A stretch of 63,214 nt of DNA, filler included, from Reticulomyxa filosa (GCA_000512085.1; 25 parts of 25 records of this genome joined end to end with filler, not necessarily neighbours in it); one strand, 5' to 3'. Counted from the whole stretch's first letter, positions 1 to 15,875 are shown. Notes: generated from the letters alone by a model not told the origin. Made by a program: numbers and translations.

Positions 1-310
1 AAAAAAAAAAAATTTTGCATTTTTGTCTTTACATGAAAGCAACATATAAAAATCCTCGAAAAATGAGTTTGATTTTGTATCTTGTCAGTGCGTGTTTTTC
101 CAAATTTTGAATTTTGGTTGTGACTTCTATCCGATAATTGCTGACTTGCACCATTTTTCAACTGCATGTTTGCGTTTCTAATATTTGAAAAATTTACTTG
201 ATGTGAGTGGCACAAAATCATCTCAAAACTGATTTAGTTAATTTTTCAATCAATAAACCACATTGATATAAAAAGAGAAGTTCAATATCAGAACAAATTT
301 ACCAATCTTT

Positions 311-915
311 AAAATCAATATAACATCATTTTTTTCCAAAATTAAAAATTTCAAAATTTAATCATTTTAATCAAGAAATTATATATCTTATATATTAATG
401 TAATTATCATAAAAAAAAAGATTTGTGACGGTGATTTAATCAATACCCCATACCCATATGTCCTGATTAACAACTAGTGACAGTTTAAGGCTTAACACAG
501 AACAACCCACCACATAGATAATATCACATTGATATATCGTCACATAGTTAGATATTATCAAATAGCATATATATCATCACATAGATATCGCCATTCTATG
601 CAAACTTGTGTGTTCACCTTAAACTGATGTTATATTATTGACCATCATTCAATATATAACAGTGTTAATTTAGTCTTCAAATCGGATATGCCTTCGGCCA
701 TTACAAACTCATAGGAGAATTTGTAATAGAGGATAGACCCCCTGCAAGAGACCAATAAACAACTACTAGTTGATAAATATATATGTCTAATGTTATATAT
801 ATACTCCAAAATTTTGTTCATACATTACACTTTTTTTAAAAAATCAATATAATATCATTTTTTTTCCAAAATTAATAATTTCAAAATTTAATCATTTTAA
901 TCAATAAATTATATA
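311..915. repeat. ~75-bp imperfect direct repeat (311-385 and 840-915) flanking ~450 bp
   Basis: aaaatcaatataa[c/t]atcatt...ccaaaattaa[a/t]aatttcaaaatttaatcattttaatcaa[g/t]aaattatata occurs twice. Confidence 0.85.
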
Positions 916-1405
916 ATTTTTTCAGTTGTATAGTATTTGGTCCTAAAGAAATTTGTTCTTTTGTTGATTTGCGCGTATTTGTCTGTTGAAGGAAAAGTAT
1001 TCCCTCATTTCGAGTGGAACTTTTGCTGTAATTAATATGGCCTTGTCCTGCACAAAATAAATATTACTTTTTATAAAATCATGCATGATATGTTACACAT
1101 CCTGGTTAACATGAGCTATATTTTTGTAATATTTACAAAAATATTCAAAACTTGATGTTTTTGAAGAAGTGTAATCACTTTGTCTTTGTTTGAGTGCTAT
1201 GTCCTATTCTGGACAAGTACTATTAACTTGCTATGTTCAGCAATGAGTATGTTTTTTTCAGTGATAATAGTTGTGCTATTTTATTTAGTTGGAAAGCTAC
1301 CGCTACGCCCACCCTGGCAAGCATGTGAAAAAATGACGCTCTGCTGAATGTCGTAAAGTTGTACAGGGGAGCCAAGGGAGTGAAAAAACACAACAAAAGA
1401 GAAAC

Positions 1406-3609
<2,204 letters not shown>

Positions 3610-4257
3610 TGCATTTTGTGTATCTACTTTGTGTTTGATTGATTTGTTTGTTGTAAGTTCGCACGCTTTGTTTTTTTTCCAGCAAATAAATAAGGCCTAC
3701 AATCACACACTTCCTTCAGCAGAACAATATTAAGCCTGTCACCCTCGATGACAAGAAAGGGTGTTACAATCTCAAAATCTTCCTCACTTTTTCAAGCAAT
3801 TGTATCGCATCTGTTCGCTCACCGCTTTTCGTCTTACTTTTTTGAATGTTTTCATTGAAAGCAGATTTCGTATTATCTGTTCGCTTTTTTTGTGAAAACT
3901 TTAAAAGCGTAAGAGTTTTTATAAACTTTACCAGATGCAGTTCAATCCAATTTTTTGTGAAAAAATATAGTAGCCTAAGGTATGATGTACAAAATATTTT
4001 CAAATTGAATAAATTTCATAAGTTTAAATTGTTTGGGTTTGAAAAAATTAATAAACCTCTTCTCGAAACTGCAGCCACGAGAAATGGTCTCTATTTAAAA
4101 CGTTAAAAAGTGAGCCTTTGAATACTACGTTTGTTTAGAGACTTCAGAAACTCTACTTCTTAACCTGAGTTTGTGCTAACACTACCTTTTACACCCCCAA
4201 AACAGTTTCTTTTTCGTGTAATTTTTTGTCGGTGTTTTATAGAATCTTTGTTTTACA

Positions 4258-4791
4258 ATGAAATCATTTCTCTTGGCTTTGCTTATTGCTGTTTGCAGTG
4301 TGTCTGCTCACCCATTGCGTAACAAATGGGCTGCTACCACCAACTGTACATGCAGCTTTGGAGTTTCGAGAAAAAAAAGGTTTACAATACAAAAAAACTA
4401 TTGGTTTGTTTGCATAGTTATATGCAGGAACAGGATGCCGCATTGCCCCTTTGAAATCCTTTGGATTTACTGAGCCAGAACGATGTGAAGACTTAACAGT
4501 TTCGAACTTAAAATAATGTGAATATTAAATTTTTTGCATTTTTGTTGTTTTTTTAATTTTCGCAGGTCTTTTCATTCCAAATAACGGAATGTCAAACAAA
4601 CGCTTTGCAATTGTCATTTTATGCCGGAGGCACGTGCACAAATGACAAAAAAGACGTCACGTTGTCAACGGGACAGTGTATCGACATTCCAAACGTGAAT
4701 GAATTTTCTGGAAAAGTTAGCTTTTCTTTTTGTATACGTACAGTTTGTTGATCAAATTATCTTTTGTTGTTTGGCACAGGTAACCTGCTAA
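4258..4791 (+). CDS. Small secreted Cys-rich protein, multi-exon
   Basis: Signal peptide MKSFLLALLIAVCSVSA. Later exons YAGTGC..., TECQTNALQLSFYAGGTCTNDKKDVTLSTGQCIDIP and a final VTC*. Exon boundaries are approximate. Confidence 0.55.
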
Positions 4792-5112
4792 ATGAGTGTG
4801 ACGATAACCAACCACAATGTGGCTTTGACTAATTATGATTTTTTCTCTTGTCTAAAAAGATTTGTCGTTTTTACGTGAGATTAAGAATTTTTGCAATCCT
4901 TAATCTCGCTTCAACTTGCAAAAAGGTTTAATTTTGAAGTAATAAATATGCTGTTGAATAAAAATTTCGCTTAAAGAAAATCTACAAGCCCTTTGGAAAC
5001 GTGTTTCAACTGTTGTATTTTTTAACATTTTTTGTGACACTGAACGAACAAAAAGGGTGTCAATTCAACACTAAAAGCAAAGCACAAAGCTTTATCAGAT
5101 TGACAGAAAATG

Positions 5113-6294
5113 TCATTTGCGATCAAATTCTTGGTCCAAAATAGAATTGGAATGCGATGCATAAGAACTTCCACTAATCGCACCCACAGCCGCCAATCCA
5201 AAAGACCCTCCAACGGCTGTTTTAATACCCCATCCCACAGCAAGTGCAGGTCCTCCCAAAGCTACTGCCCCCATGCCTCCCATAATTCCATAAGTCCATT
5301 TGGATTTACGAATGGAACGTAATGTCTCAACACTTGACAAAACCAACGAATTTAAGGTGCCGACATTGGAGTCAAGGTGATTGATTTCTGATTGGTGGCT
5401 GTTTACCACTTCATTCAAATCTTTAGTCATTTCTAACAGGCTTTCCAACTAATTTTGAAAAATAAACATTTAGTTTTTGTTTTTGTTCAATCCAATATAT
5501 TGCTTTTCTAAACTCCGGAAAAATATTCAAAAACAAAACATGGACTTACCTCGTCTTAATCTGTTGTATCCTATCCGCAATGGATTGATCCGACAGATCA
5601 GCATGCGATTTCCACGGAACAAATTCCATTTGTTGTTGCGCCAGTGCTTCGTCACACTTTTGAGATGTTTCATTGTTCAATGGAGATTCTTCTGCTGTGT
5701 AAATGTTAGCTGTCGCTAAATCAACAAATATATAAAGCTAAAAAAAAGGAAAAACCTTTGTCTTTTTCGTCTGAAAATGCCTTTTGTTGGTGATATGGAA
5801 TACTTCCTAAGCTACTAATTGCATATTTTGGTCTTAAGGTTGGAGAGGAAGAAGTGTTACTTTTATTACTTTCTTTCTTGCTTTTGAATATTTCTCTGTT
5901 GGTTGTTGACTTTTTTTGGACGGACAATATTTGTTGACCTCGCGTCCATTCTGCTTGGATTTGTAAACTAACGCTTTGAAAAACACGAATAAAAGTTTCT
6001 GATATGTTAATCTCTTTGTTTGTCCCGTCGTTCACATAACGTATAACTTGTGTCAAATGCGAAATGAGTGAATCTGATTTGTTCACTTCATTTTCGAACT
6101 GTCCTTGTAAACGAGTACTCCACGGACTAGTTTCGAGCTCATTGACTACAGTTCTTATCCTAAACAAGATTTTTTGTGTTTCAATGAGTAATTCATTCGC
6201 TTCCTGTTCCAAAAGCAAACAAATATGCCATAATAAAACAACAAATTTGTTTTTTTAAAGCAATACATACGTCAGTGACTGTTGATTGAGACAT
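5113..6294 (-). CDS. Syntaxin-17-like Qa-SNARE
   Basis: Helical N-terminal region; SNARE motif LESLLEMTKDLNEVVNSHQSEINHLDSNV; C-terminal Gly-rich double hydrophobic segment GIMGGMGAVALGGPALAVGWGIKTAVGGSFGLAAVGAISG followed by a short polar tail. ATG at 6294 (MSQSTVTD, then intron). Confidence 0.72.
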
Positions 6295-6789
6295 GCTCGT
6301 TTACTTTTTTTTTTCCCTTTAATTTGAACTTGAGATTTGGATAACCAATTTTCCTTTTTTAAAAAAAGAAGATCAATATACTAAATATTTAACACTACAG
6401 AAATACAGAAAGCTGCCCGTTCCTGCTTCCAACCCTAAAAACAGAAAAACCTACGGTCTTCTTTCTTTCGAATCTCAAATCTGTTCAAATGCGTCCGTTT
6501 TGGCAAGGCAATAATCAAAATGAAATAAGAGATGAAAAGAGAGATGCACATTTTGGACAAAGTGTCTATTGGTCTGGCCGGAGCCAAATGATTCACCGCA
6601 GTTGTGTTTGTTATCTTGTACGCATTATTATATTCCTTCAATAACATAAGTCATTTTTGTTGATAAAAAAATATCCACAGGCCAAACAAATACCAGAAAA
6701 TCACGACGAGTTTTGAAAAATAATTGATTTGTGATAAAGGAGAAAGGAAAACTTTTTATTTTTGCATGCTAATCAAAAAATAAAAAAGA

Positions 6790-7531
6790 ACGGACGTATA
6801 GACGAAATTTTCAAAGAGCAACCAAGGGTCAATGCAATAAACTTTGAGAGGGAAATGATAGTTGAACGGCAAAAACAGTTACAATTACAAAACGAGGAAC
6901 AAACACAAAGTGACAAAGAAAACGTGAATGTGGAATCTCCGAACGAAAAAAAACAAGAGACACCACAAAAGATGGAAACACGACAAAACGAAACTGAAAA
7001 AAACGAGATGAAAGAAGAAAAACCAACTCAAACTAAAAGGTTCAATAAATTGTGGCTCGAAAAGGAAATTATTCGAAGAGAGGTTCAAATTAACAATTCT
7101 CTTTTTTTTTTTGAAAAATTGCTTTTCTTGCACAATGCCTCCGATAACTTGTTATTAGCTGTTTTTTTTTTCCCTCCTTTGTTGTGGCTTCCCTTCTCTT
7201 CTCTCAGCCCCGTCTCATCAAAGGCCGCACCGTGCAATTTAAAATTAAAAAAAGTGACCCGTGGAGGGTTGGATGGGTTATCGCTGTGCAAGACAAACAA
7301 GTTTGTGTGCACTATTCTCCGAGCATGGACAATCCCCAAGCCAAGCCTCAAGAAGTTTGGGTTGATAAACAAAACATTGAGATATTCTCTCGAAATCATT
7401 ACCAAGTTGGGTTTTGTTTTTCTTCTCAAAAAAAAAAAAAAACGTGTTCATATTTTTTTCTTGGCTGATTGTTAAAATAGCACAAATTGAATGACTCGAT
7501 GGATGCTTTTGAAAAACTAAGCATCTGTTGA
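6790..7531 (+). CDS. Hypothetical protein, charged region followed by a Tudor/Agenet-like beta barrel (5' end uncertain)
   Basis: Exon IKGRTVQFKIKKSDPWRVGWVIAVQDKQVCVHYS has Tudor-like strand spacing; final exon HKLNDSMDAFEKLSIC*. Confidence 0.4.
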
Positions 7532-8172
7532 ACTGTCCTGTATATGTTCTTTTTTGTTTATTAATGGTCTGTTTTCGAACTTTAATTTAAGAATATTACT
7601 TAAAAATACATTGGCAATTTTCATTTCGTCCTTCCGCCACTGGTTATATATCCACTTAGGATGAAAGGGAGAAAGGAAAATTTTTCTCGTTTCAAAAACC
7701 TTAGTCAGACAAAGTTTCAACATAGGTCCGAAAAGATCAGTTGAAAACGTTTGAAATTAACAATACAACTCCAAAAACGATAAAAAAGGCAGTAAAGACA
7801 AAACATCAAACATTATACTGAAATATATTTACACTCAGATGTATTGAGTTTGAACTTTAGTATGTACAGATATTCGTTTTAATATTTGCGTTGGTGCAAA
7901 ACAGTTTAATTGTATTTATCGTTGAGCTACAAAAGTAAGTTTACTTTTGTATCGTTACAATATTTGAAGGTCCTACCCAAACACTGAGCAATGCCACAAG
8001 AGTTGCGAGGTTTCGAGTTCAAAAAAGCAGCATGTTAACGCAAAGTAAAAAGTTGAACTTGGACAGACATCTTCAAGTGATTAATAATTTTATTTTTCAA
8101 AAAAAGCAATGGCAAATCCAACAATTTTTTTGGATTTTTCGTTTTTGCTGCCCATGGAGGAACGCTTACGAG

Positions 8173-8272
8173 NNNNNNNNNNNNNNNNNNNNNNNNNNNN
8201 NNNNNNNNNNNNNNNNTTAATTAATTAANNNNNNNNNNNNNNNNNNNNNNNNNNNNNNNNNNNNNNNNNNNN
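8173..8272. other. Artificial contig spacer N44-TTAATTAATTAA-N44 (first of 24)
   Basis: Identical 100-nt spacer with stops in all six frames, starting at 8173, 10137, 12868, 14565, 19596, 22045, 25177, 27085, 28360, 29487, 33546, 34839, 35986, 38210, 39383, 41041, 43839, 45576, 46706, 50320, 52861, 55097, 57632 and 59211. Confidence 0.99.
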
Positions 8273-8288
8273 CCCCCCCCCTCCTTGT

Positions 8289-8690
8289 TCATGAAATGAG
8301 CATATAACGTTTAATACACTCCTTTTTTGTTTTTGTCCGTTGTGAGCTGTAATGGAACAAACGTGCTTTTTCTGGTGGTCCTTGATCCAATAAAACTGTC
8401 TTTGTTATGGCTATTTTCATCTCTTCGTGTCCTCGGGCTTTTTCTTTTTCATAGCTTTCGTTCGCGCTTGTGTCTTCGTTTTTTATTTCCTCGTCTATTG
8501 AGTGTTTCGATATATCTTCATTGGTTTCTTTTATGCTGTTATCCATCTCTTGGATTTCCTTTTCTTCAAAATGTTGCTCGCTTTATCTTTCAAATAATTC
8601 CTTAGCTTCCGCAAAAAATTCCTACGTATCCCAACCACTTCTGCCTCGTTTTTTTGCTTTTACTCACGGGTGGCCTTCTATAAATACAAA
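8289..8690 (-). pseudogene. Unassigned coding remnant with an in-frame stop
   Basis: E/K-rich reading frame interrupted by TAA (ELFER*SEQHFEE); no family recognised. Confidence 0.25.
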
Positions 8691-8963
8691 ACAGTAAACA
8701 ATAGGATGGAAAAAGAGGTTTTATATTGGAGATAATGAAAGCAAAAAACTAACTGACTTTAATACATAGAATAAACAAACTCTGTGCAATATCAATAATG
8801 TAGTCAAATCTTCGTGGTATATAATCTGTAGTATATTTATTTTGCAGCGCTATTTTTTTTTCTTTTTTGACGACTAACGCGAACAAAATGTCTGTACTTT
8901 GAACTTTTTCAAAAAAAAACTTGTGTTGTGCCCTTTCTAGTCATAAATTGACGAAGTAAGAAA

Positions 8964-10136
8964 ATGACATCAGATTCACAATCATCAAGAAATAATGGAG
9001 GTGAAGTATCATTTGCGACAAAAAATATATCCAAGCTTTCGCTGTATCGGAAATCTCCATTTTATTTGCGACTGGATTTGGTTCCCTTTTTGCTGTTGTA
9101 TGGATTTTGTTATTGGGTGTATTTTTCCCCACAAATTCCAAAAGATTTTGTGCAAAACATGTTGAACAAGAATATTCCCGAATACGCCCATTGGAACTTC
9201 CAAGTGTACGCATGGAGTTTAGTGGGGTTATGGTTGGCAATCATCGCCGCCTTTTTTCACGTGATTTTTATTTTGTTGGAATACTGGCACATTTGGATCC
9301 GATGCAAAATGCAATACACTTTAACCAAAGTTAAAAAAAGGGGGGAGGGGGGGGAAGGAGGATGAAAGGAGAAGAAAGTAAGACAACACAAAAAGATGGA
9401 TATATGTATACATATACATATACATATATAATGTATGTGTATTTAAAAAAGGAAGTGGATGTAGGTGTAATTGCATATGTGATTCCACCATTACACTGTG
9501 GCGAAGATGCGTTGTGTAAGATCGAATACAACGCAACAAGTGACGAATTGTATTTTATATTCCAGCAAATGAAATATCGCTTGGATGATGAAACCAACAC
9601 ATTTGTGGAGTTGCAATTTCCACTTCATCATTCCATTCTACATTACGCCTCAACAAAAGGATTGAAAACTGACGAAGTGAAATCAGTTTTGCATTGACGC
9701 ACACATACACATATATACATGTATACATATATATATGTATATAATCTAATCTATTGTTTCAATTAAGCCTTTTTTTTTTTTTAAAAACAGGAATAATAAT
9801 AACAACAAAAAAGTTGACAGAAAAATATGGAACAAACGGATTCAATATTCCAATGCCCCAGTTTTGGGAGATCTTCCAAGAGCATGCGACAGCCCCTTTT
9901 TTTTTGTTCCAAGTGTTTTGTGTGGGATTGTGGTGCTTGGATGAGTATTGGAAGTATTCTTTGTTCACATTGTTCATGTTGATTGTATTTGAAGTGATGA
10001 TGGTCAAAAGGCGCATGGGCAATATGCAGTTGGTTCGCAATATGCGAAGCAAGCCATTTCGACTTTATGTTACGTTTTCATTACACGTGCCATACATTTC
10101 ATATTCATATTCATATTCATATTCATATTCATATTC
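8964..10136 (+). CDS. ATP13A1: P5A-type ATPase (ATP13A1/Spf1), N-terminal part, truncated by contig end
   Basis: Diagnostic KYGTNGFNIPMPQFWEIFQEHATAPFFLFQVFCVGLWCLDEYWKYSLFTLFMLIVFE; upstream YFIFQQMKY and N-terminal TM helices. Confidence 0.92.
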
Positions 10137-10236
10137 NNNNNNNNNNNNNNNNNNNNNNNNNNNNNNNNNNNNNNNNNNNNTTAATTAATTAANNNNNNNN
10201 NNNNNNNNNNNNNNNNNNNNNNNNNNNNNNNNNNNN

Positions 10237-12867
10237 ATAAACAAGTAGATTACTGCGAACCTGTTGTATCCCGTTTGATTGACATCTTGTGGAATGTAAA
10301 CAATTTTTGTCTCTTTTGTATTTCAATCTCTTTTTCCAATTCTAATTAAAAAAAAAAAAAAAAAAACATTTAAAAAAAAAAAAAGCAATTAGATTTAGAT
10401 AGTCAGCCATTAAACGACAAAGTGAATGATATTACCACAAACTTGTTGGCAAAAGTATAACCACTTTGCAAAATTTGGAAGTCTGGGTTAGACTCTTTCA
10501 TAGAAATATTAAAAAGGATCAAAACCAATGGTCAAATCTGCTGACTAATTCGCTAAAGGAGTGGTGGGTTTCTGATTATTTTGATAGGGGATTCACTGGC
10601 AAGTGCTACCATCGCAAGGTAATATGGTTCCTCCACCCTTCTCGATACAATAGCATTGAGGAAGACTTTCGTAAAGTATTTAAGGAACTGGTGGAATCAA
10701 AGGCAGATAATTTTTATTTTGACAATAAATGCTGGGATGATTCTTGTGAGGAGTTAAAAAAAGACGATTCTCGTAATGAGTTGGAAAATTGTATGATTGA
10801 ATCGCTCTCAAAGAAAGACGGTAGTATCAATGAATGGACGTGGTTGTTGTCATTGATTATCAAAATTCCCTCTAAACAGTATTGTCAAAACAACCTTTTT
10901 TTTGGTGTTTTACTTTGTTGACTAAGACAGACATAAAACTATCAAAACAAAACAAAAAACACAAATGTGACAGCGATGCATTATTTTGGACGAAAAATAA
11001 TATTGTTTCTAATGAAGATGAGAAAGATGAGAAAGATGAGAAAGATGAGAAAGATGAGAAAGATGAGAAAGATGAAAAAGAAGAAAAAACCCTACGAAAT
11101 AACATAACGCTACTTAAGAAAGAGTTGGAATATTGTATAGCATGCATTGGATGGAAAGAATTCTTGATTAAAGATCAAAAAATAACAATTCTTGCTGATT
11201 TGTGTAAGTTTATCCAAGAGACGTTGGAGACATTAGATGATATTATCAAAAACGATAGACTCACTTTTTTTCTTTGTGATTTCCTAAAAGAGGATGAAAA
11301 TGAAGTGCGTATTCGTAAATTGAGTGAAAATGTAATTGACTTATCAAATCTAAATCCTGTAATGAAAAAATTTGTCAAATACAAAATATTGGTGAACAAT
11401 TTTATGATAGTCGCACAAAGATATCTACCAATAATCCCTGCTGAATTGAATGAATTTTATGAATTTTGTAAAAATCTGGATCGTCATTATCTTTCAGATT
11501 TTGAAACCAAATTTGGAAAAGAACGAAAATTGTTGAGTGATTTCAGTAATGAATTTCAATTGATGGTGGACAGAAAGAAAAGTAATGTGTTTCATATAAT
11601 GTGGAACAAAAGACAAGCAGTCAACAATCTAATTTCCATCTTCGACTATCTCATGGATGTATTTAAACAGGCAGATTTGGATTGGGATAATTTAATATCT
11701 AAAATTAAGGACAATACATTACAATATATCGATTTAGAGCCATACAAGATTACAAACTGGAAATTGGAGATGAACATTTTGTGTCCCGACATCAAACACC
11801 AAGAAAAGAACACAACAACACAAATCAATGCACAAGACATAGAAAACGCCTTTTCTTTCTTACAAACAGAGGAACACTGGAAACTATTAAAAAAAGTAAC
11901 CGAGATAATTCAAAATGTCCATACAATTAAGATTATTGCAGTCGACGAAAAATGGCAAACATTTGTAAATATCATTGCTCAATCGGAACAAAAAAAGGAT
12001 AAAACATCCATAAAGGAGGCATCAACATGGTATTCGAAATGTAAAGATTATTTTGGGGATGTTTCAGATAAAAAAGATATATTGAAACTCGTTTGCAATA
12101 ATGAGGAAAAAATGCAAGCTTTAGCAAATAATGAAATTTTTATAAAGAGAAAACAATTTGAACTTTTAATTAAAAGAATGGATGACTCCCAAAATGGAAA
12201 ATTTCGCCAATTGGCTGGCACATTGCCCGAGGTAAATAAAAAAATGAAAGAACGAATCTGGGATATCAAATTTGAATCGAGTTGTGAATTGGCAAAAGCT
12301 ATACTTACACTCTCCGAAAAAAGAGACAAGTTCTGCCACAAGTTGGCAAAGTGTTTGGATATGGATTTTGAAGAACTTTTTCTCTTGGTTAAGGAAGGTG
12401 ATCAATTGTCCGTGGTAAAAAGGTATGAACAATTCGAACAAGCAGGTCAAACAGGCGAATGGGTATTTAGTGATTATGAAACAATGTTTGGTCCTCACCA
12501 ATCAAATGTCTTTCCAAATTTTTCTGTAAAGGTCAAACCAAAAGTGGATAAATATGAAGGATTGATTTTGCAATTTGGAACAAATTTGAATTGTGGTTCA
12601 ATCGAGAATATACTCGATCGATTGAAACTTGGTTTGATAAGTGAAGAAAAAAAAAAAATTGAAAACATAGTCTTGCAATATGAAATTTGCAAAGATATTT
12701 ATGCAATTCGAATTGACTATTGGGAAAGAGGTGGACGTGACAAAAAGGAAAAGTTAAAATTACAAGCTAAAGATTCGATTGAGACATTTGAAAATAACAA
12801 AAAAGATTGGATTGATGGATTGAACAAATGGAAAAAAGAGTGTCTTTCATTGCGAAATACTTATCCT
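10237..12867 (+). CDS. Internal fragment of a very large helical protein, RNF213-like
   Basis: ORFs of 151 aa and about 660 aa joined near 10880-10930 by a short intron or frameshift; (DEK)n repeat near 11015-11080; ends in WKKECLSLRNTYP, resembling the segment just before the AAA+ module in RNF213-type proteins. Confidence 0.5.
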
Positions 12868-13820
12868 NNNNNNNNNNNNNNNNNNNNNNNNNNNNNNNNN
12901 NNNNNNNNNNNTTAATTAATTAANNNNNNNNNNNNNNNNNNNNNNNNNNNNNNNNNNNNNNNNNNNNCCTCAGACATCCAACAAGTCTCAGGCATCCGAC
13001 AAGCCTCAGACCTCCAAGTCTGCACCAACCATTGATTTGTGGACTTTCTTGGAAAAAGAATTGAATGATCCTTCCAGCAGTATTTCAAACTCTTCTCAAA
13101 ATCGTCCCGGTCATGACTCCAAATCATTTCAAAAAGTCAAAAAAACATACATTCAAAGTTATATAAATACCAAAAAAGTTTCTGAAGTACAATAAAATTG
13201 TATTATAAGTAACAAGTTTTTAAAATATAGGCCAAAACAAAGACAATGACGATGAAGAGCAAGAATAAGAATGATGACAGAAACAAAATCCTATAAGATT
13301 TTTAAGTGTAAAACAAACTTGAATTAATAAAATTACAAAGTCATGTTAAATTTTAAAGAGGTGGATAAGTTTTTTGAGATAAAATGAAAAGATCTACATT
13401 CTATGACAAATTTATATACAATTTAATTTTGTGAGGAAAAAAGATCATGTACGTAGTGAATGTTTTCCTTTGAATTCATTAGTGTTATTATACTTGTGAT
13501 CCAACTTTAACTTTTAATATTTGTCAAAAAACACTTGACAGTTTCAAATATAAGCATGTTGTTTTTCACAAGTTTGAGTGTCGAAGAGCGTTTAACAAAA
13601 AATAGTATCCCTTTTACATACAAATGTGGCTTGGTAAATTTATTGTACAACAATCGCAATCATTTTTTTTACAATTATTCTATTTTTATGGGTTTTGAAA
13701 ATATCAAAAACAAAAAGCTCAATAGGAGACAAATAGAACAAAGAATGTTCCAAAAATGTAGTATTACTTTTGCTAACCACCCACTTTCTACCCTCTGCAA
13801 CAAACCCAGATAAAAACATT

Positions 13821-14564
13821 TTAGTTAACAGGAGTTCCAACATTTTGTTCAGATTTTCTCATCCGTCGACGGAGCAATAGTTGCTTATATTCTTCAGTAT
13901 TCAAAAAACGTGAATGACTATCCCTCATCAGATTTACTAACTCAACGATGACCGGTTGAAAAAACAGTGCCCATGACTTATCATCGGCGGCCGGAAAACG
14001 ATTGTCTTGATAAGGAATATTGTAACGTCGACGTAATCCATGTCCCAAATTTACTTTTTTTTTTTTTGCATGTTCTTGAAGCTAGACGTGTATTGTGTTT
14101 TTTTTAAAATGTTGGTAACGGATACCTTCAAATGGGGCATTGGGACGAATGTACTTTTCAATTAATTTTTTGGCTTTGTCGACAATATTCAATTGTGGAT
14201 CAAAAACAATTTCTGATTGTGGCAAGCCCTTCCATAATCGTACAAAAGACACGATCACTCGAACACGTTCACGATTGAACATTTCCTCACGTCCGTTGGA
14301 AGAATATACAATGGTAGAATCAGTTTCTTGCTCTTTCCAAAGTTGTTGCAATGCAAATTGTTGATATTGCACGCATTCCACCAAACAGAGAACATTTTCA
14401 CTACTGAACTCTTTTAAGCAATGTTTCATGAAAGCATTGAAGCCAATGTCATCACGCAACAATCGTTCCAATCCAATCGTGATTTCCTTTTGTAGTTTCT
14501 TTTTGCTATGTCTTTTGACCATAGCCGAGGGCCGTTGGTCTTTGTTGTTATTATCATTGTTGTT
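13821..14564 (-). CDS. RGS-domain protein, C-terminal part
   Basis: LERLLRDDIGFNAFMKHCLKEFSSENVLCLVE...AKKLIEKYIRPNAPFE|VNL...ELVNLMRDSHSRFLNTEEY is a textbook RGS box. Confidence 0.9.
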
Positions 14565-15003
14565 NNNNNNNNNNNNNNNNNNNNNNNNNNNNNNNNNNNN
14601 NNNNNNNNTTAATTAATTAANNNNNNNNNNNNNNNNNNNNNNNNNNNNNNNNNNNNNNNNNNNNTTGCCCATGGCAATTACTATTACGTTCATTTTCTGT
14701 GGTACAATGTTTTTTTTATAGTGTTCTGTTTTTTGTTGATATTCCTCATATCCCCCCTTTTTTTCGTCCAAGGTACACTTCCAAGGTTTTTTTCTTGAAG
14801 TTTTTCAAAGACGGCAAAAAAAACCAAGGAAACAAAAAAAGTGCGCAACTGCAAATAACACCATGTTGTGCAAAACATTGAAGATAACAGATAAATGCAA
14901 AAGATTGTCCTTAAGAAATTCTAAGACTTTAAAATATTTTTGAAAATGTTATCTTAACTAAATGAAGCCAAATAAATAAACAAGCAAAGAAAAAAAACAC
15001 GAT

Positions 15004-15875
15004 TCACTCAAAGTTGAAATCATAACAGCAATAAAAATGTCCATTATCAACCAAGCAAATACACTCATGATTGGGTTGGGCATACATTTGACGAACGACA
15101 AAGCGTGCTATGTAAAGTTCAATACAACAATACGTATATAAGTGCATATATAAATAAATGTATATGAATATGTATATAATAAGCAAATAATAGCATGCAA
15201 GGACTGAGTGACAACAGCTCCTTTTTTATTCCACAAGTACAATTGGTCGCGTTGATTGCAACAACTCGAGTTGATTAGAAGATTATTCGTTACCGGTCCA
15301 TAGAAGTTGCAAGACATTAGAGATATGTTTCAGCACCGAGTGCAAGCACAAATATTTCATGTCCTAAATCCAAACGTATTTGGCCATGTTGTCATTCACA
15401 AAAGTAAGAAAGCGGCTGCTTGGACTCCATTCCAGCTTTTCCACTCCAAACTTTGGGTTTTCCTTGGGTTTGATTTCGCTCGACGATTGGTATTCGATAT
15501 CCACATGCAGTTTTTTCAGTACGAATTTCGATTGCAACACTTTGGCCGTATTGTTGTTCGTTTCGCTGTCTGTCTCTTGGAGATTCATCATCACAATCGC
15601 CACTTTGCTTTTGCTCACGCCGTCTTTCTTCACTTCCGAGTACATCACTGATTTCTATGTTTTTGTTTGATTGTTAAGTCACTTCATCACACAAAGTCTT
15701 GTTCACACCAACTCCTTACCAAAATCTTTCAGCTGAACGCTGCCTTTCAATATATCCAATTGCTTTTTGCTATTGCCTTTGATGATCTTTGCCAAAAACG
15801 CAATCAACTTCTCTACAGCAATGTTAGACATGGCGTTAAGGATTTTTTTGTGAAATGAACCGATGGAAAGCTCCT
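15004..15875 (-). pseudogene. WRAP73/WDR8-like WD40 pseudogene
   Basis: KFGVEKLEWSPSSRFLTFVNDNMAKYVWI*D (TAG at the conserved Trp), a further stop and frameshift, then LYLWNKKGA and CLVDNGHFYCCY. Confidence 0.75.

Noticed and set aside
4877-4907. Inverted repeat gagattaag...cttaatctc between convergent genes as a terminator
   Set aside because: A 9-bp AT-rich stem is compatible with chance, and intrinsic terminators are not expected in nuclear genes.
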